Positions 1 to 11,626 of a DNA stretch of 64,000 bases are shown here, one piece after another. Position 1 is the stretch's first letter, and the number at the start of each line of letters is the position of its first letter. The DNA is taken from assembly GCA_002269645.1 (NCBI GenBank), contig NIVC01000596.1, forward strand, positions 177,239 through 241,238. The letters run 5' to 3'. The position numbers and the translations under genes were made by a program. The DNA comes from Macrostomum lignano. Lineage: Eukaryota. A model generated the notes under the pieces. That model searched no databases. It had not been told where the DNA came from and was given only the letters and a program-made list of their open reading frames with translations.

Positions 1-179
1 TGTAGAATCCTAAGAGTCGCGAAAAAAGTAAGTGACGCAGATGCGCTTTAGACGCAACTTAGTGATTCTGCTCAAGTAACTCTGGGACGCTTCTTGGCCT
101 GGGTACAGTTTTCATCGGACGGGAGCAAACACGACAATAGTGTTTACATATGCAATATGGATTATACCCTCACTTCCAG

Positions 180-1070
180 GTTGTCATGGCAACCAACCGG
201 ATCGACATCCTGGACAGCGCCCTGCTTCGACCGGGTAGAATCGATCGAAAAATTGAATTCCCGGCGCCTAGCGAAGAGGCCAGGCAGGACATTCTGCGCA
301 TCCATTCGCGCAAAATGAACCTGACTAGGGGCATCAATTTGCAGCGCATCGCCGAGCTCATGCCCGGAGCGTCTGGCGCCGAAGTTAAAGGCGTCTGCAC
401 CGAGGCCGGCATGTACGCTCTTAGAGAACGACGGGTGCACGTCACTCAAGAGGACTTCGAACTGTCCGTGGCTAAGGTGATTAATCATTGGTTTCATTTT
501 TCATATTTTTCATGTTTTCATCCTACAGACAGTTAACCCCTTTCATTGATCCCATAGATAGTTAATCCCATTTATTGACCCATAGACAGTTAATCCCATT
601 CATTGATACCATGGACAGTTAATCCCATTCGTTGATCGTACAGACAGTTAATCCCATTGATTGACCCTACAGACAGTTAATCCCATTCATTGATCCTATA
701 TAGACAGTTAATCCCGTTCATTGACCCTACAGACAGTTAATCCCATTCATTGATCCTATACAGACAGTTAATCCCATTAATTGATCCTATATAGACATTT
801 AATCCCATTCATTGATCCTATACAGACAGTTAATCCCATTAATTGATCCTATATAGACATTTAATCCCATTCATTGATCCTATATAGACATTTAATCCCA
901 TTTATTGATCCCATAGACAGTTAATCCCATTCATTGATACCATAGACAGTTAATCCCATATTGTTAATAAAGTCCTTCCTACATTGCTGCTACTTTCGCC
1001 TCTCTCACATGCACAGGTGATGCTGAAAGACCAGGAGAAGAATGTGTCAATCAAGAAGATTTGGAAGTAA
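180..1070 (+). CDS. PSMC5: 26S proteasome AAA-ATPase Rpt6 / regulatory subunit 8, last two exons (180-476, 1017-1070); 5' part lies outside the window
   Basis: [27 protein letters not shown]...[36 protein letters not shown] donor at 477, AG acceptor at 1015-1016, then [17 protein letters not shown], the typical Rpt6 C-terminus. Confidence 0.96.
520..960. repeat. ~31-33 bp minisatellite in the PSMC5 intron
   Basis: Tandem units like cagacagttaatcccattcattgatcctata. Confidence 0.95.
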
Positions 1071-1653
1071 AGTCGCTACTGCTATAATACTTATAACTGA
1101 CCAGCAGGTCACTGATGTTGGATTCTGCACCTGCGTCCTGTTTACCCAAGAAATGATTGACTTTTTATGTCAGCTTCTTACTGTCTGCAGTTATTTAAAA
1201 TTCATTTCAAGTTTTAGCAATCACCTCATGCATATTCGGTAGGCGTGAATAGTATAAAGTACATTCAGTCTTTTTGCATTGATTCAACGTAAACACGCAC
1301 CTTGGTCCCACTAAATTTTGAAATATGTCAAAATATGGCTTTATTGGTGCTAGTATTCTTTTCTCTTCATCAAAATTTTCAGTTCGGTTCAGGTAAAAAT
1401 GCAAGCTTTTCAATTGCTGGGATTTACGATTAAGCACTACTATAGAAGCTGTTTGAAGGCCTGTTGTTTTATTGCAAATATTGAATCAGCCTTCAAAAAT
1501 GCTTTTTAAGATCATATTGGTGGCCGTGTACAGTCTGAATTGCTTTTAACTTTAAATGTCAAAATGTACTTTCAAGTAGTCTTATATATATTATAATTAA
1601 CCTCTATTGTGTATATAAAGATAATCCTACTAAACACCAAATAAATATAATAT

Positions 1654-1736
1654 TTAAGATCAACATTTATGGCGAAGACCAACGCGTTTCAACCCACTAG
1701 GGCCGCGTTGGTTTTCGCCATAAATGTTGATCTTAA
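1654..1736. other. Near-perfect palindrome/hairpin: 33-bp arms, 17-nt loop
   Basis: ttaagatcaacatttatggcgaagaccaacgcg (1654-1686) pairs with cgcgttggttttcgccataaatgttgatcttaa (1704-1736), one mismatch. Confidence 0.9.
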
Positions 1737-1999
1737 GCTTTATTTATTTGCTATTAATTAAACGAGCAACTCTACCACAAATATAATATTTGCTTAATTA
1801 GACAGTTTGCTTATTTATTCAGACTGTTGTGATGCGCTTCTGTTGTCTTATTTTGTAACTAACAGTGTTTGTGATTTAATAATAAATTTAGTTGTCTCTC
1901 AGTTTGCTATTTCATTCATTTTTAGCGGCATTCTTCATATTATATGTACACACCTGTGTTACTAAAAAGTGTTTATTGAATTTAATTGTGCAGGGCAAG

Positions 2000-2630
2000 A
2001 GAAATTTTGAAAGGAGTTGGCTAGGTGTTTGAGCTGCAGAGAGAAGTTGTACAGGGAGTGGGGGTGTTTGAGCCGCAGAGAGAAGTTGTACAGGGAGTGG
2101 GGTGTTTGAGCTGCAGAGAGAAGTTGTACAGGGAGTGGGGTGTTTGAGCTGCAGAGAGAAGTTGTACAGGGAGTGGGGTGTTTGAGCCGCAGAGAGAAGT
2201 TGTACAGGGAGTGGGGGTGTTTGAGCTGCAGAGAGAAGTTGTACAGGGAGTGGGGGTGTTTGAGCCGCAGAGAGAAGTTGTACAGGGAGTGGGGGTGTTT
2301 GAGCTGCAGAGAGAAGTTGTACAGGGAGTGGGGTGTTTGAGCTGCAGAGAGAAGTTGTACAGGGAGTGGGGGTGTTTGAGCTGCAGAGAGAAGTTGTACA
2401 GGGAGTGGAGTGGGTGTTTGAGGGGCAACGAGAAGTTTGCAGGCAGTGGGGGTGTTTGAGAGGCAGAGAGAAGTTGTGCAGGCAGTGGGGGTGTTTAAGG
2501 GGCAGAGGGAAGTTGTGCAGGCAGTGGGGTTGTTTAAGGGGCAGAAAGAAGTTGTGCAGGGAGTGGGGTGGGTGTTTGAGGGGCAAAGAGAAGTTTGCAG
2601 GCAGTGGGGGTGTTTGAGAGGCAGAGAGAA
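2000..2630. repeat. 39-40 bp G-rich minisatellite between the convergent PSMC5 and kinase 3' ends
   Basis: Unit ggggtgtttgagctgcagagagaagttgtacagggagtg, diverging toward 2630. Confidence 0.95.
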
Positions 2631-2904
2631 ATTTCACAAGGAGAGGTGGGTCTAATTAAGTGCTTTGATAGATGCAAAGGTTTTTTACTTTTATACGAGC
2701 GCATCTGCGTATGTACGAGTACATGTATAAATTATGAAGTAGGAAGGACTAACGAGTATATCGACTAAGCCAAAAGTTGCTTTTAAATAAACGTTTTTTT
2801 TCTTCAAGAAAATTAAAGAGATGCATCAATCAAAACGAAAATTCAACTTAAACGTAATTGATTTCTTCAATTTTATGCACCGCGGCGTATAGCTTTCGGT
2901 AATC

Positions 2905-3840
2905 TTAGTCCTGTGTCCATGGCCCGATTCTTCTAGCAGTCAAGCTTCTGCAGCGTCGTCTGCCGCAAGTAATTGCGCTGGAAAGATATGCGATCATTTT
3001 TAGCACGGACCATGAAATGCGGGGACACGGTGAGTGCGGTGGTTGTTCTATGGGTAAGGAAAATACGCATGTGGAGTGAGGTGGGTGTTTAGAGAGGTAA
3101 GGAAAATAGGCAGTGGAAGTGAGGTGGGTGTTTTGAGGGGTAAGAAAAAAGGCAGGGAGTGTGAGGTGGTTGTTCTAAGGGGTAAGAAAAATACGCAGGG
3201 GGAGTTAGGTGGATGTTTTGAGAGGTAAGGAAAAAAGGCAGAAGGATTGAGGTGGGTTTTCTGAGGGTAAGGAATATTACGAGCGTACAATAAACAATGG
3301 CGTACCTATTAACAATAAACTCGCTAGCAAACACTGCCTCGTGCGAGCCTTTAGCTTGCCAAAAGTGGCGCCTGCGGTGGCTGCGGCGGTAAAAACTGCC
3401 GTCAAGCAGCAGCGCGCAGTCGGCTTCGACGGCCGTCCGCTGCATTGTCGCTGCCCAGGGCTTGTTCGAAGAGCTGTTATTGTATAGTCGCTTCTGCTTC
3501 ATCTCGGCCTCGTGTTGCAGAAATTCCAGTCGTTCTTTGCTGGATAGGGAGATAGGATAAGATCAATAACTTACGCGTCGATTGAACTGCATAGATGGCT
3601 GTCTATCAGGCCATTTGGGATTTTGTTTCAATTCGAGAATTCAAGAGTATTGGGTTTCATTTCCCGGAAATCAAAACAGCTCAATCAAAGTGTAGAACAA
3701 TTTGATTTTCACTTATAAACTTACTGACGCATGATGGGCAACGGCTGGTCTGTGGTTGCATTTAGTGGATGGTTTTCGGGCGCCGACAGCCACGGGTGCT
3801 TCAGAAGGTCGCTGGCGTTGGGTCTGAAGTATAGGGGGGG

Positions 3841-3904
<64 letters not shown>

Positions 3905-6900
3905 AGTCCTCACCGGTTGTACAGAGTGGATAAAATGCTGCTAATAAAATCCACCGCGTTCCTCGAGGCCGCCGACCATTCTGGCGCCGAAAAGTCCAAA
4001 GCGAAGTGGCGCTTCACAATGCAGCGCGCCATCTCTGTGACGTTGGCGCCGCGAAATGGAAAATCCCCGGTGAATAGAAAGTACACGATGACACCGGCTG
4101 CCCAGCAGTCGATCTTAGTTGAGTACTCCTGGCTGCTAATCAGCTCCGGGCTCATGTACTCAAAGCTGCCGATTATAGTGTTCTTCAGAGTGAAGAATGA
4201 CTGCCCTGCCGCCAGCTCCACGGCGTAGCCGAAGTCGCTGATCTTCAGCACCATCTCGCCGCTGGTGGCCTGCGGTTTCAGGTCAACGGGCGACTGTACT
4301 GGCTCTCAGCTCTGCCTCTCACAGCCTACTTTGCCTTCAGTCTCTCCCTTCAGTGTCTCCCTTCGTCTCCCCCTTCAGTGTCTCCCTTCAGTCTCTCCCT
4401 TCAGTCTTTCCCTTCAGTGTCTCCCTTCAGTGTCTCCCTTCAGTGTCTCCCTTCAGTGTCTCCCTTCAGTGTCTCCCTTCAGTCTCCACTTTCAGTGTCT
4501 CCCTTCAGTGTCTCCCTTCAGTGTCTCCACTTTCAGTGTCTCCCTTCAGTCTCCACTTTCAGTGTCTCCCTTCAGTCTCCACTTTCAGTGTCTCCCTTCA
4601 GTGTCTCCCTTCAGTGTCTCCACTTTCAGTGTCTCCCTTCAGTCTCCACTTTCAGTGTCTCCCTTCAGTCTCCACTTTCAGTGTCTCCCTTCAGTCTCCA
4701 CTTTCAGTGTCTCCCTTCAGTGTCTCCCTTCAGTGTCTACCTTCAGTGTCTCCCTTCAGTCTCCACTTTCAGTGTCTCCCTTCAGTCTCCACTTTCAGTG
4801 TCTCCCTTCAGTGTCTCCCTTCAGTGTCTCCCTTCAGTGTCTCCCTTCAGTATCCACTTTCAGTGTCTCCCTTCAGTCTCCACTTTCAGTGTCTCCCTTC
4901 AGTGTCTCCCTTCAGTGTCTCCCTTCAGTGTCTCCCTTCAGTCTCCACTTTCAGTGTCTCCCTTCAGTCTCCACTTTCAGTGTCTCCCTTCAGTGTCTCC
5001 CTTCAGTCTCCCCCTTCAGTCTCCACTTTCAGTGTCTCCCTTCAGTGTCTCCCTTCAGTGTCTCCCTTCAGTGTCTCCCTTCAGTGTCTCCCTTCAGTCT
5101 CCACTTTCAGTGTCTCCCTTCAGTCTCCACTTTCAGTGTCTCCCTTCAGTGTCTCCCTTCAGTGTCTCCCTTCAGTGTCTCCCTTCAGTCTCCACTTTCA
5201 GTGTCTCTCTTCAGTCTCCACTTTCAGTGTCTCCCTTCAGTCTCCACTTTCAGTGTCTCCCTTCAGTCTCCACTTTCAGTGTCTCCCTTCAGTCTCCACT
5301 TTCAGTGTCTCTCTTCAGTCTCCACTTTCAGTGTCTCCCTTCAGTCTCCACTTTCAGTGTCTCCCTTCAGTCTCCACTTTCAGTGTCTCCCTTCAGTCTC
5401 CACTTTCAGTGTCTCCCTTCAGTCTCCACTTTCAGTGTCTCCCTTCAGTCTCCACTTTCAGTGTCTCCCTTCAGTCTCCACTTTCAGTGTCTCCCTTCAG
5501 TCTCCACTTTCAGTGTCTCCCTTCAGTCTCCACTTTCAGTGTCTCCCTTCAGTCTCCACTTTCAGTGTCTCCCTTCAGTCTCCACTTTCAGTGTCTCCCT
5601 TCAGTCTCCACTTTCAGTGTCTCCCTTCAGTCTCCACTTTCAGTGTCTCCCTTCAGTCTCCACTTTCAGTGTCTCCCTTCAGTCTCCACTTTCAGTGTCT
5701 CCCTTCAGTCTCCACTTTCAGTGTCTCCCTTCAGTCTCCACTTTCAGTGTCTCCCTTCAGTCTCCACTTTCAGTGTCTCCCTTCAGTCTCCACTTTCAGT
5801 GTCTCCCTTCAGTCTCCACTTTCAGTGTCTCCCTTCAGTCTCCACTTTCAGTGTCTCCCTTCAGTCTCCACTTTCAGTGTCTCCCTTCAGTCTCCACTTT
5901 CAGTGTCTCCCTTCAGTCTCCACTTTCAGTGTCTCCCTTCAGTCTCCACTTTCAGTGTCTCCCTTCAGTCTCCACTTTCAGTGTCTCCCTTCAGTGTCTC
6001 CCTTCAGTGTCTCCCTTCAGTCTCCACTTTCAGTGTCTCCCTTCAGTGTCTCCCTTCAGTCTCCACTTTCAGTGTCTCCCTTCAGTCTCCACTTTCAGTG
6101 TCTCCCTTCAGTCTCCACTTTCAGTGTCTCCCTTCAGTCTCCACTTTCAGTGTCTCCCTTCGGTGTCTTCCTTCAGTGTCTCCCTTCAGTCTCCACTTTC
6201 AGAGTCTCCCTTCAGTCTCCCTTCAGTGTCTCCCTTCAGTCTCCCCCCTTCAGTGTCTCCCTTCAGTGTCTCCCTTCAGTCTCCCCCCTTCAGTCTCCCC
6301 CCTTCAGTGTCTCCCTTCAGTGTCTCCCTTCAGTGTCTCCCTTCAGTGTCTCCCTTCAGTCTCCCCCTTCAGTGTCTCCCTTCAGTCTCCCCCTTCAGTG
6401 TCTCCCTTCAGTCTCCCCCTTCAGTGTCTCCCTTCAGTCTCCCCCTTCAGTGTCTCCCTTCAGTCTCCCCCCTTCAGTCTCTCCCTTCAGTGTCTCCCTT
6501 CAGTCTCCACTTTCAGTGTCTCCCTTCAGTCTCTCCCTTCAGTGTCTCCCTTCAATTATTATCCGATTCTGTTACGAGTCAAATAAATCTAACAAATAAA
6601 TCATAAACCAGATGTCATTTTTTGCTGCGAATTTTTACCTCGTAGCTGCTGAAGCTGTGGATATTACTGATAGTAATATAATTACCAAAGCCTTTGTCAC
6701 ACTTACGTCACTTTTTGCCAGCAGATTCTCCAGCTTCAAATCCCTGTGCATTATTCTCTTCTCGTGCAAGTAGGCCAGTCCGCTAAATAACTGCTTAGCC
6801 GCTTCTCGAATCGCCCTCTCGCCAAAGTTCGGACTAGTCACCAGGGCCAAGCAGATGTCCAGCTGATCGGCAAATTCGAACACCATCCGCTTGATGTCTG

Positions 6901-8069
6901 GCTCGTCCGAGAACACCGCCACTAGTCGGATGATGTTGCGATGGTCCAGTCTGAGCAGGATGGACTCTTCGTTGCGAATTAATTGTCTTTGATAACTCGA
7001 CAGCAGCTTATCTTCGAGCACCTGCAGTGCGGGGATTATGCCGGCCTCTGGATTTCTAATTGTCGCCTGATTCGTGTGGGGCAGTGTACATCTGCCTCCC
7101 TCTCTCTCTCCCTCGTTCGCTTGGTCCAGCGCTATCACTGCCCCGTACAAGTACGTACAGCCAACCACTCACTTCAATAATTGATTTAGCTCGTATTACG
7201 CAATTAGTCATAGCCAAATATAAGCCGGTCCTGCTAAGTGCAAGCGGCCTTTGAGATATTCTTCATGCCTGCCTAGCACCATATCGCGGCATTAACTTTT
7301 CTACAATTCTGTCTCTGGATTTCTAATTGTCGCCTGATTCTGTCTCTGGATTTCTAATTGTCGCCTAACTCAGTCTCTATAGATTTCTAATTGTCGCCTA
7401 ACTCAGTCTCTATAGATTTCTAATTGTCGCCTAACTCCAGTCTCTATAGATTTCTAATTTTCGCCTAAATCAGTCTCTATAGATTTCTAATTGTCGCCTA
7501 ACTCAGTATTGGAAATCCTCCGTCTCTTTTTTCAGTGTAAATTTCTAAGCGTTGCCTAATTCCATCTCTGCATTCCTGAATGTGGGCCCAAATCCGTCCA
7601 CCGGTCGAATTCCTTGGAATTATGCCTTCTAATTCAGCCAGTGCAGCAACCCGGCACCCACCTTCACCGCAAAGTTCTTATTACTCTGCCGGTCAACGCA
7701 ACGATAAACGCTGGCGTAGCTTCCACTGCCGATGACATTCTCCAGCTTGTACACCCGGTGAAATGCCTGCGGCGCCGGCGAGCTTGTCGTTGAAGATGGA
7801 GACGGCGGTGTCGGCGGCGCCTCCTCGACATTGGCAGACGGCGATTTTGACTTCCCCGACGCTTTCGCTGCCGCAGCTGTTGAAGCCGTGGACGCCGAGT
7901 TTAAAGTGCACACGGAATCAATATTGTCCAGTATCGAGGATGCGCTCGATGTCAAGGAGGCTGGCGAGCCACGACTGTCGTAGCGAGCGAAGCTTCCGCA
8001 GCTGCTCCTGCTGTTGCTGCTAGTGTATTCTGCCTCCACAGCATTTCTTCGACCCGGCGATGGCGGCAT
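2905..8069 (-). CDS. CAMK-group Ser/Thr protein kinase, ~510 aa. Predicted exons: 8069-7662, 7021-6707, 4293(or 4269)-3914, 3823-3725, 3598-3575, 3539-3306, 2977-2905
   Basis: Catalytic motifs are present across phase-compatible GT-AG exons: GSGSYASV, FAVK, HRDLKLENLL, SDFG, GSFEYMSPE, DCWAAG, RPNASDLLKHPW. Exon lengths sum to 1533 nt, in frame. The last three exons are less certain. Confidence 0.9.
3045..3270. repeat. Degenerate ~42 bp purine-rich minisatellite in the last kinase intron
   Basis: Units like gaggtgggtgttttgaggggtaagaaaaaaggcagggagtgt. Confidence 0.75.
3841..3905. repeat. (TCTG)n microsatellite in a kinase intron
   Basis: Direct reading. Confidence 0.97.
4331..6555. repeat. 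2.2-kb satellite of two 13-mers (cagtgtctccctt / cagtctccacttt) forming a 26-bp higher-order unit, kinase intron 2
   Basis: Direct reading; its translations repeat every 26 aa (3 x 26 nt). Confidence 0.97.
7305..7510. repeat. ~33 bp minisatellite in kinase intron 1, with an orphan partial copy at ~7047-7071
   Basis: Unit gtctctatagatttctaattgtcgcctaactca. Confidence 0.9.
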
Positions 8070-9540
8070 TAGTCAGTTATATACGCTGCTTCCTGGACAC
8101 TGGTAGCTGGCTCTGTCTTTTGAAATCAACTTAGCGAAGTCGGAACTTCTGAGCGATGAATGCTTGATGTCCTTTTTCAAACCGAGTTTTATCACTTCGC
8201 TACGGGCCATAGACTTTTGCACATTCGTTATGTAGTTTTATATTCGTACCTATAAGTTTACATATGTATCAGTTCGACGATTTCCAAATACATGCAGCGT
8301 CAATACGTACGTATGTACATAGGAACCCGTCAAGTGTACATGTACACCATAGATTTGCGAATTCTGATGATCGTCCAGTTTCGTAACTCGAGCCCAACCC
8401 GCACGATTTTCCGCAAATTGCATGGATTTGGGCGTCAACAAATCGCGCTTAAATAATTCGGGTGTCAACTTTGTTGAGAATTTACGTTTGAGTTGCATTA
8501 ATTTAGAAAATATAAATTCTAGCATTGAAGTCAGCGTAGTCGGAACATATTTTCAAAAGTGGGGGGCTATTGGTGGGAGGGCACATTGTAATTATACTTT
8601 TACCCAGACGCAATGAAAAAATATTTTGGCCATTATTCCACAGTTTTGATGTGTACCATAGACATTTGGATTGAAAAAATCCATCGCTCAGTATTTTTGT
8701 TAATAAATACAGAACAACAAGAAGTAAATGAACAAAAAGGAAAAATCATTAAAACTAAAGTACCAGCTACACGAAAAGAGTTAATAATAAATGTCACAGC
8801 CAGTGCAGTTCATCAGTTTGTAGTCGAAATTTGACAATGTAAAAATCAATTTGTCACCCAAAGTGAAACATGCACAGTTCTCAAAGCCGCAGTTTCCACA
8901 GATGCTCGACACTTTAGCCTGATGATTTGGCACTGCAAAAGGAGTTGGTCTATGTTGAATGTTTTCTATGAAAGAGAAATACAGGTGCTCAAGTATAGTT
9001 GCCGAACTTACCATTTGAAAGATGCACGTCTTGGTTAAGTTGGCATGCGACTGATGAGCTTCGTCTGATGAGCTTCTTTGGTACCGCAGTATCCAAGCAG
9101 GGATTCTTTGGGACTGTCGGCTGCTCGACTGAATCGATTGGCCGCTTTCAGGCATCGTTTATAGCCGTCGAGGCGTTGAAGACTGCATGGTCGCGTTTTC
9201 TTCCTAGGTAGCGCCGCACGGTTCGTTCAGTCGTCGACAGGAAGATTTTTTCAATTAATAAGCGCGGCTGTTTGACGAGATGCACTATAGCCATAGTTGT
9301 TTGACAAGACAAATAGCTTTTTCTCCCACTACTCGCTTTCCTGATTTCTTGCAAGACGCAAGCAAAATCAGCACTCATCACAGTGTTGTCTATGGTCAAA
9401 CTAAGCCACACAACTCAGTCGTCTATGGGTAAAACAACTCTTAAAACAGCCAATTGAAGCATGATAAAAAGTGTGGAATAATGGCCGCAAAAGTGTGGAA
9501 TAATGACTGAGCGCTGAGTGAAAGTATAAATACAATGCAC

Positions 9541-9631
9541 TTGTATAGTATGCAACTGAGTTGAATAATGGCCATAGACACTCGTGCACTCGAGTTTTGG
9601 CCATTATTCAACTCAGTTGCATACTATACAA
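9541..9631. other. Perfect 34-bp inverted repeat with a 23-nt loop, probably a palindromic non-autonomous element
   Basis: ttgtatagtatgcaactgagttgaataatggcca (9541-9574) and its reverse complement (9598-9631). Confidence 0.9.
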
Positions 9632-9914
9632 TCTACCATTGTACATACGGTTTTGTAATCTAAGGGCAAACCCTAACTCATACTGTTATGTGAGTTTGTG
9701 ACATTGTGACAACCATGATGCAGGTCAACATTCAATTCTGTGTTGGAAGTCTGAAAGTCTGAAAAGTGTTCGAATTTTTAACTGATTCAAACTGCACTAT
9801 CAATTTATTTAGTAAGTAATCCAAAATGAATGAAAATTGCAAGGTCAAGACCAATCAGTAATTTTCCGAATTCGGAATGTCGATCAGAGTCAAGTAAAAG
9901 GGTGAATACTAAAA

Positions 9915-10140
9915 CAGGGATCGGCACACTCCGGCCCGCTTGATGTTTGTGTCTCTTCTCAGCTCTCAATTGTCTCATCTCTCTTCTCATCCCGGCCTCC
10001 TCTCCTCTCTCTCAGCTCTCCTCTCATCTCCTCCCCTAGCTCTCTCCTCTCCTCTCTCCCTCCTCTGGCCCGCAGTCGTGCGCTAGATTCTCAATCTGAC
10101 CTACTAGCTTTGATCGAGGTAAAAATTTTGCCGACCCCTG
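9915..10140. mobile_element. hAT-like MITE, 226 bp
   Basis: TIRs cagggatcggca / tgccgacccctg (11 of 12 match); 8-bp TSD tactaaaa / cactaaaa. Solo matching ends occur near 41020-41035 and 44158-44170. Confidence 0.85.
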
Positions 10141-10419
10141 CACTAAAAGCACAAGGCCGGCCACATGTACCCATTGAGGGTGACGGGGCCTATACAACTA
10201 AACGATGATAGGGGGGGGGGGCAGAGAAAGAAGGAAGGAAGGCTAGTCGCATGAGGAAGGAAGCACAAGCTATATTGTTTGGCAAAAAAGTGACAAAATT
10301 GGACTTGGGAGGACTTGGGGATAATCATAGGGATTATTATGTCAAAAAGCTCATAAAGTAGAGTCGCTAATTATCCCCCCTGGAAATTGTTCTCCTCTAT
10401 CCAAAGTCAATTTTCGGGG

Positions 10420-10570
10420 GCCAATGACAATTAAGCTCGAAGAATTACATCGTCGAAAAGCATAATCAACCCCATCACAAGCTCGAGACTCACAAGCTCG
10501 AAAAGTAACATCGTCGAAAAGGTTAGCAACCACCATCATAAGCTCGAAAAATCAAATCGTCGAAACTTAT
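10420..10570. repeat. Dispersed minisatellite-bearing repeat family; an inverted copy lies at ~45400-45670
   Basis: catcacaagctcgaaaagt...catcgtcgaaaa matches the reverse complement of ttttcgacgatgtgacttttcgagcttgtgatg. Confidence 0.75.
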
Positions 10571-10739
10571 TTAGCAAACACCATCACCATGTACAACCAT
10601 CACCATGTACGGAAACCATGTACATTATATATTATCTACACAAAATTGACATCCTGCTGCTGTCGTCCTTTTTACACTGTATGTCGTATGTATCGTACAC
10701 TGTATACATGTACATTCAGCTCGCCTCCCATGCTAAAGC

Positions 10740-10778
10740 CCAGGACCACGTGGAATAGTCTACTCTAAGTGATCCTTG
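10740..10778. mobile_element. 39-bp mini-insertion with an 8-bp direct repeat and short imperfect TIRs
   Basis: GCTAAAGC at 10732-10739 and 10779-10786; ends ccaggaccac / gtgatccttg match 8 of 10 when inverted. Confidence 0.6.
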
Positions 10779-10976
10779 GCTAAAGCATACACAAGACATC
10801 CAGTACTTCTGCGAGAAAAAGTTTGTCAAAATTTCTGTTCATAGTTTTGCATTCGATCTTAAAAATTCAGCAAAAACATTTTTAAGTGCAGGAAACGTTT
10901 TCAGAATACTTTTAAATTTTTAAGGCAAGAATTTTTGTTATACGTATTGATGATTTCGTTTTTTAAAGCTTGCATT

Positions 10977-11356
10977 GGGTCTCCCTAAAACACGCACCGC
11001 ACCGCCCCGAACCGCTACACATTATAACTTTTTTGTCAATGCAGTATTTAATTCCAAAGAAAACTATTTGTTGTAAGAGTAACGGAATAAATATCTTTAA
11101 TTATTATCATCAATATTATTAATATTTTTTATATTCTTGTTTTCATTATTAAATTATATTATTATTATTTTAATAATATTATTATTAATATCACTTATTA
11201 TTCACCGAATTTTATATTTCATAGTAAAAAAAACTAAATTTAATAAAAACTTTAAAGCTTAACAGAAAACGCATTTTGAAGTGTCTTCAGTTACAGTCCA
11301 ATTTGTTTTAATGTGTAGCGCTGCAGGGCGGTGCGGGGCGTGTTTTAGGGAGACCC
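10977..11356. mobile_element. MULE/Mutator-like MITE, 380 bp, AT-rich interior
   Basis: ~47-bp imperfect TIRs starting gggtctccctaaaacacgc; perfect 9-bp TSD GCTTGCATT (10968-10976 and 11357-11365). Confidence 0.9.
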
Positions 11357-11626
11357 GCTTGCATTAAATCCTGGATTATCAGAATCATCATTCTACATCG
11401 TTGGAACAGAGTGAAAGGTGAAAGCACGAATGTATTGAGTTGAGTTTTCCATTTAATCTTATTGATTTGAACTGTTTTTCTTTGGTCTCTTCTACCGTTT
11501 TTAAGCTAATTTTTGCTGCCTTTTAACTACTAAGCACGAAGTTAAAAGTCATCGCCAATTAAACCCACCCTGATTCTTTGGAAGTAAAGATAGGCATAAA
11601 CACATTAACCTAAAAGCCCACAAACA

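Noticed and set aside
1912-2655. Overlapping repetitive ORFs
   Set aside because: Products of a 39-40 bp minisatellite
4265-6606. Three 740-770 aa ORFs on the + strand
   Set aside because: Translations of a stop-free 13/26-bp satellite inside a kinase intron on the opposite strand
9045-9080. Hammerhead ribozyme (two CTGATGAG cores)
   Set aside because: No downstream GAAA core or flanking stems were found
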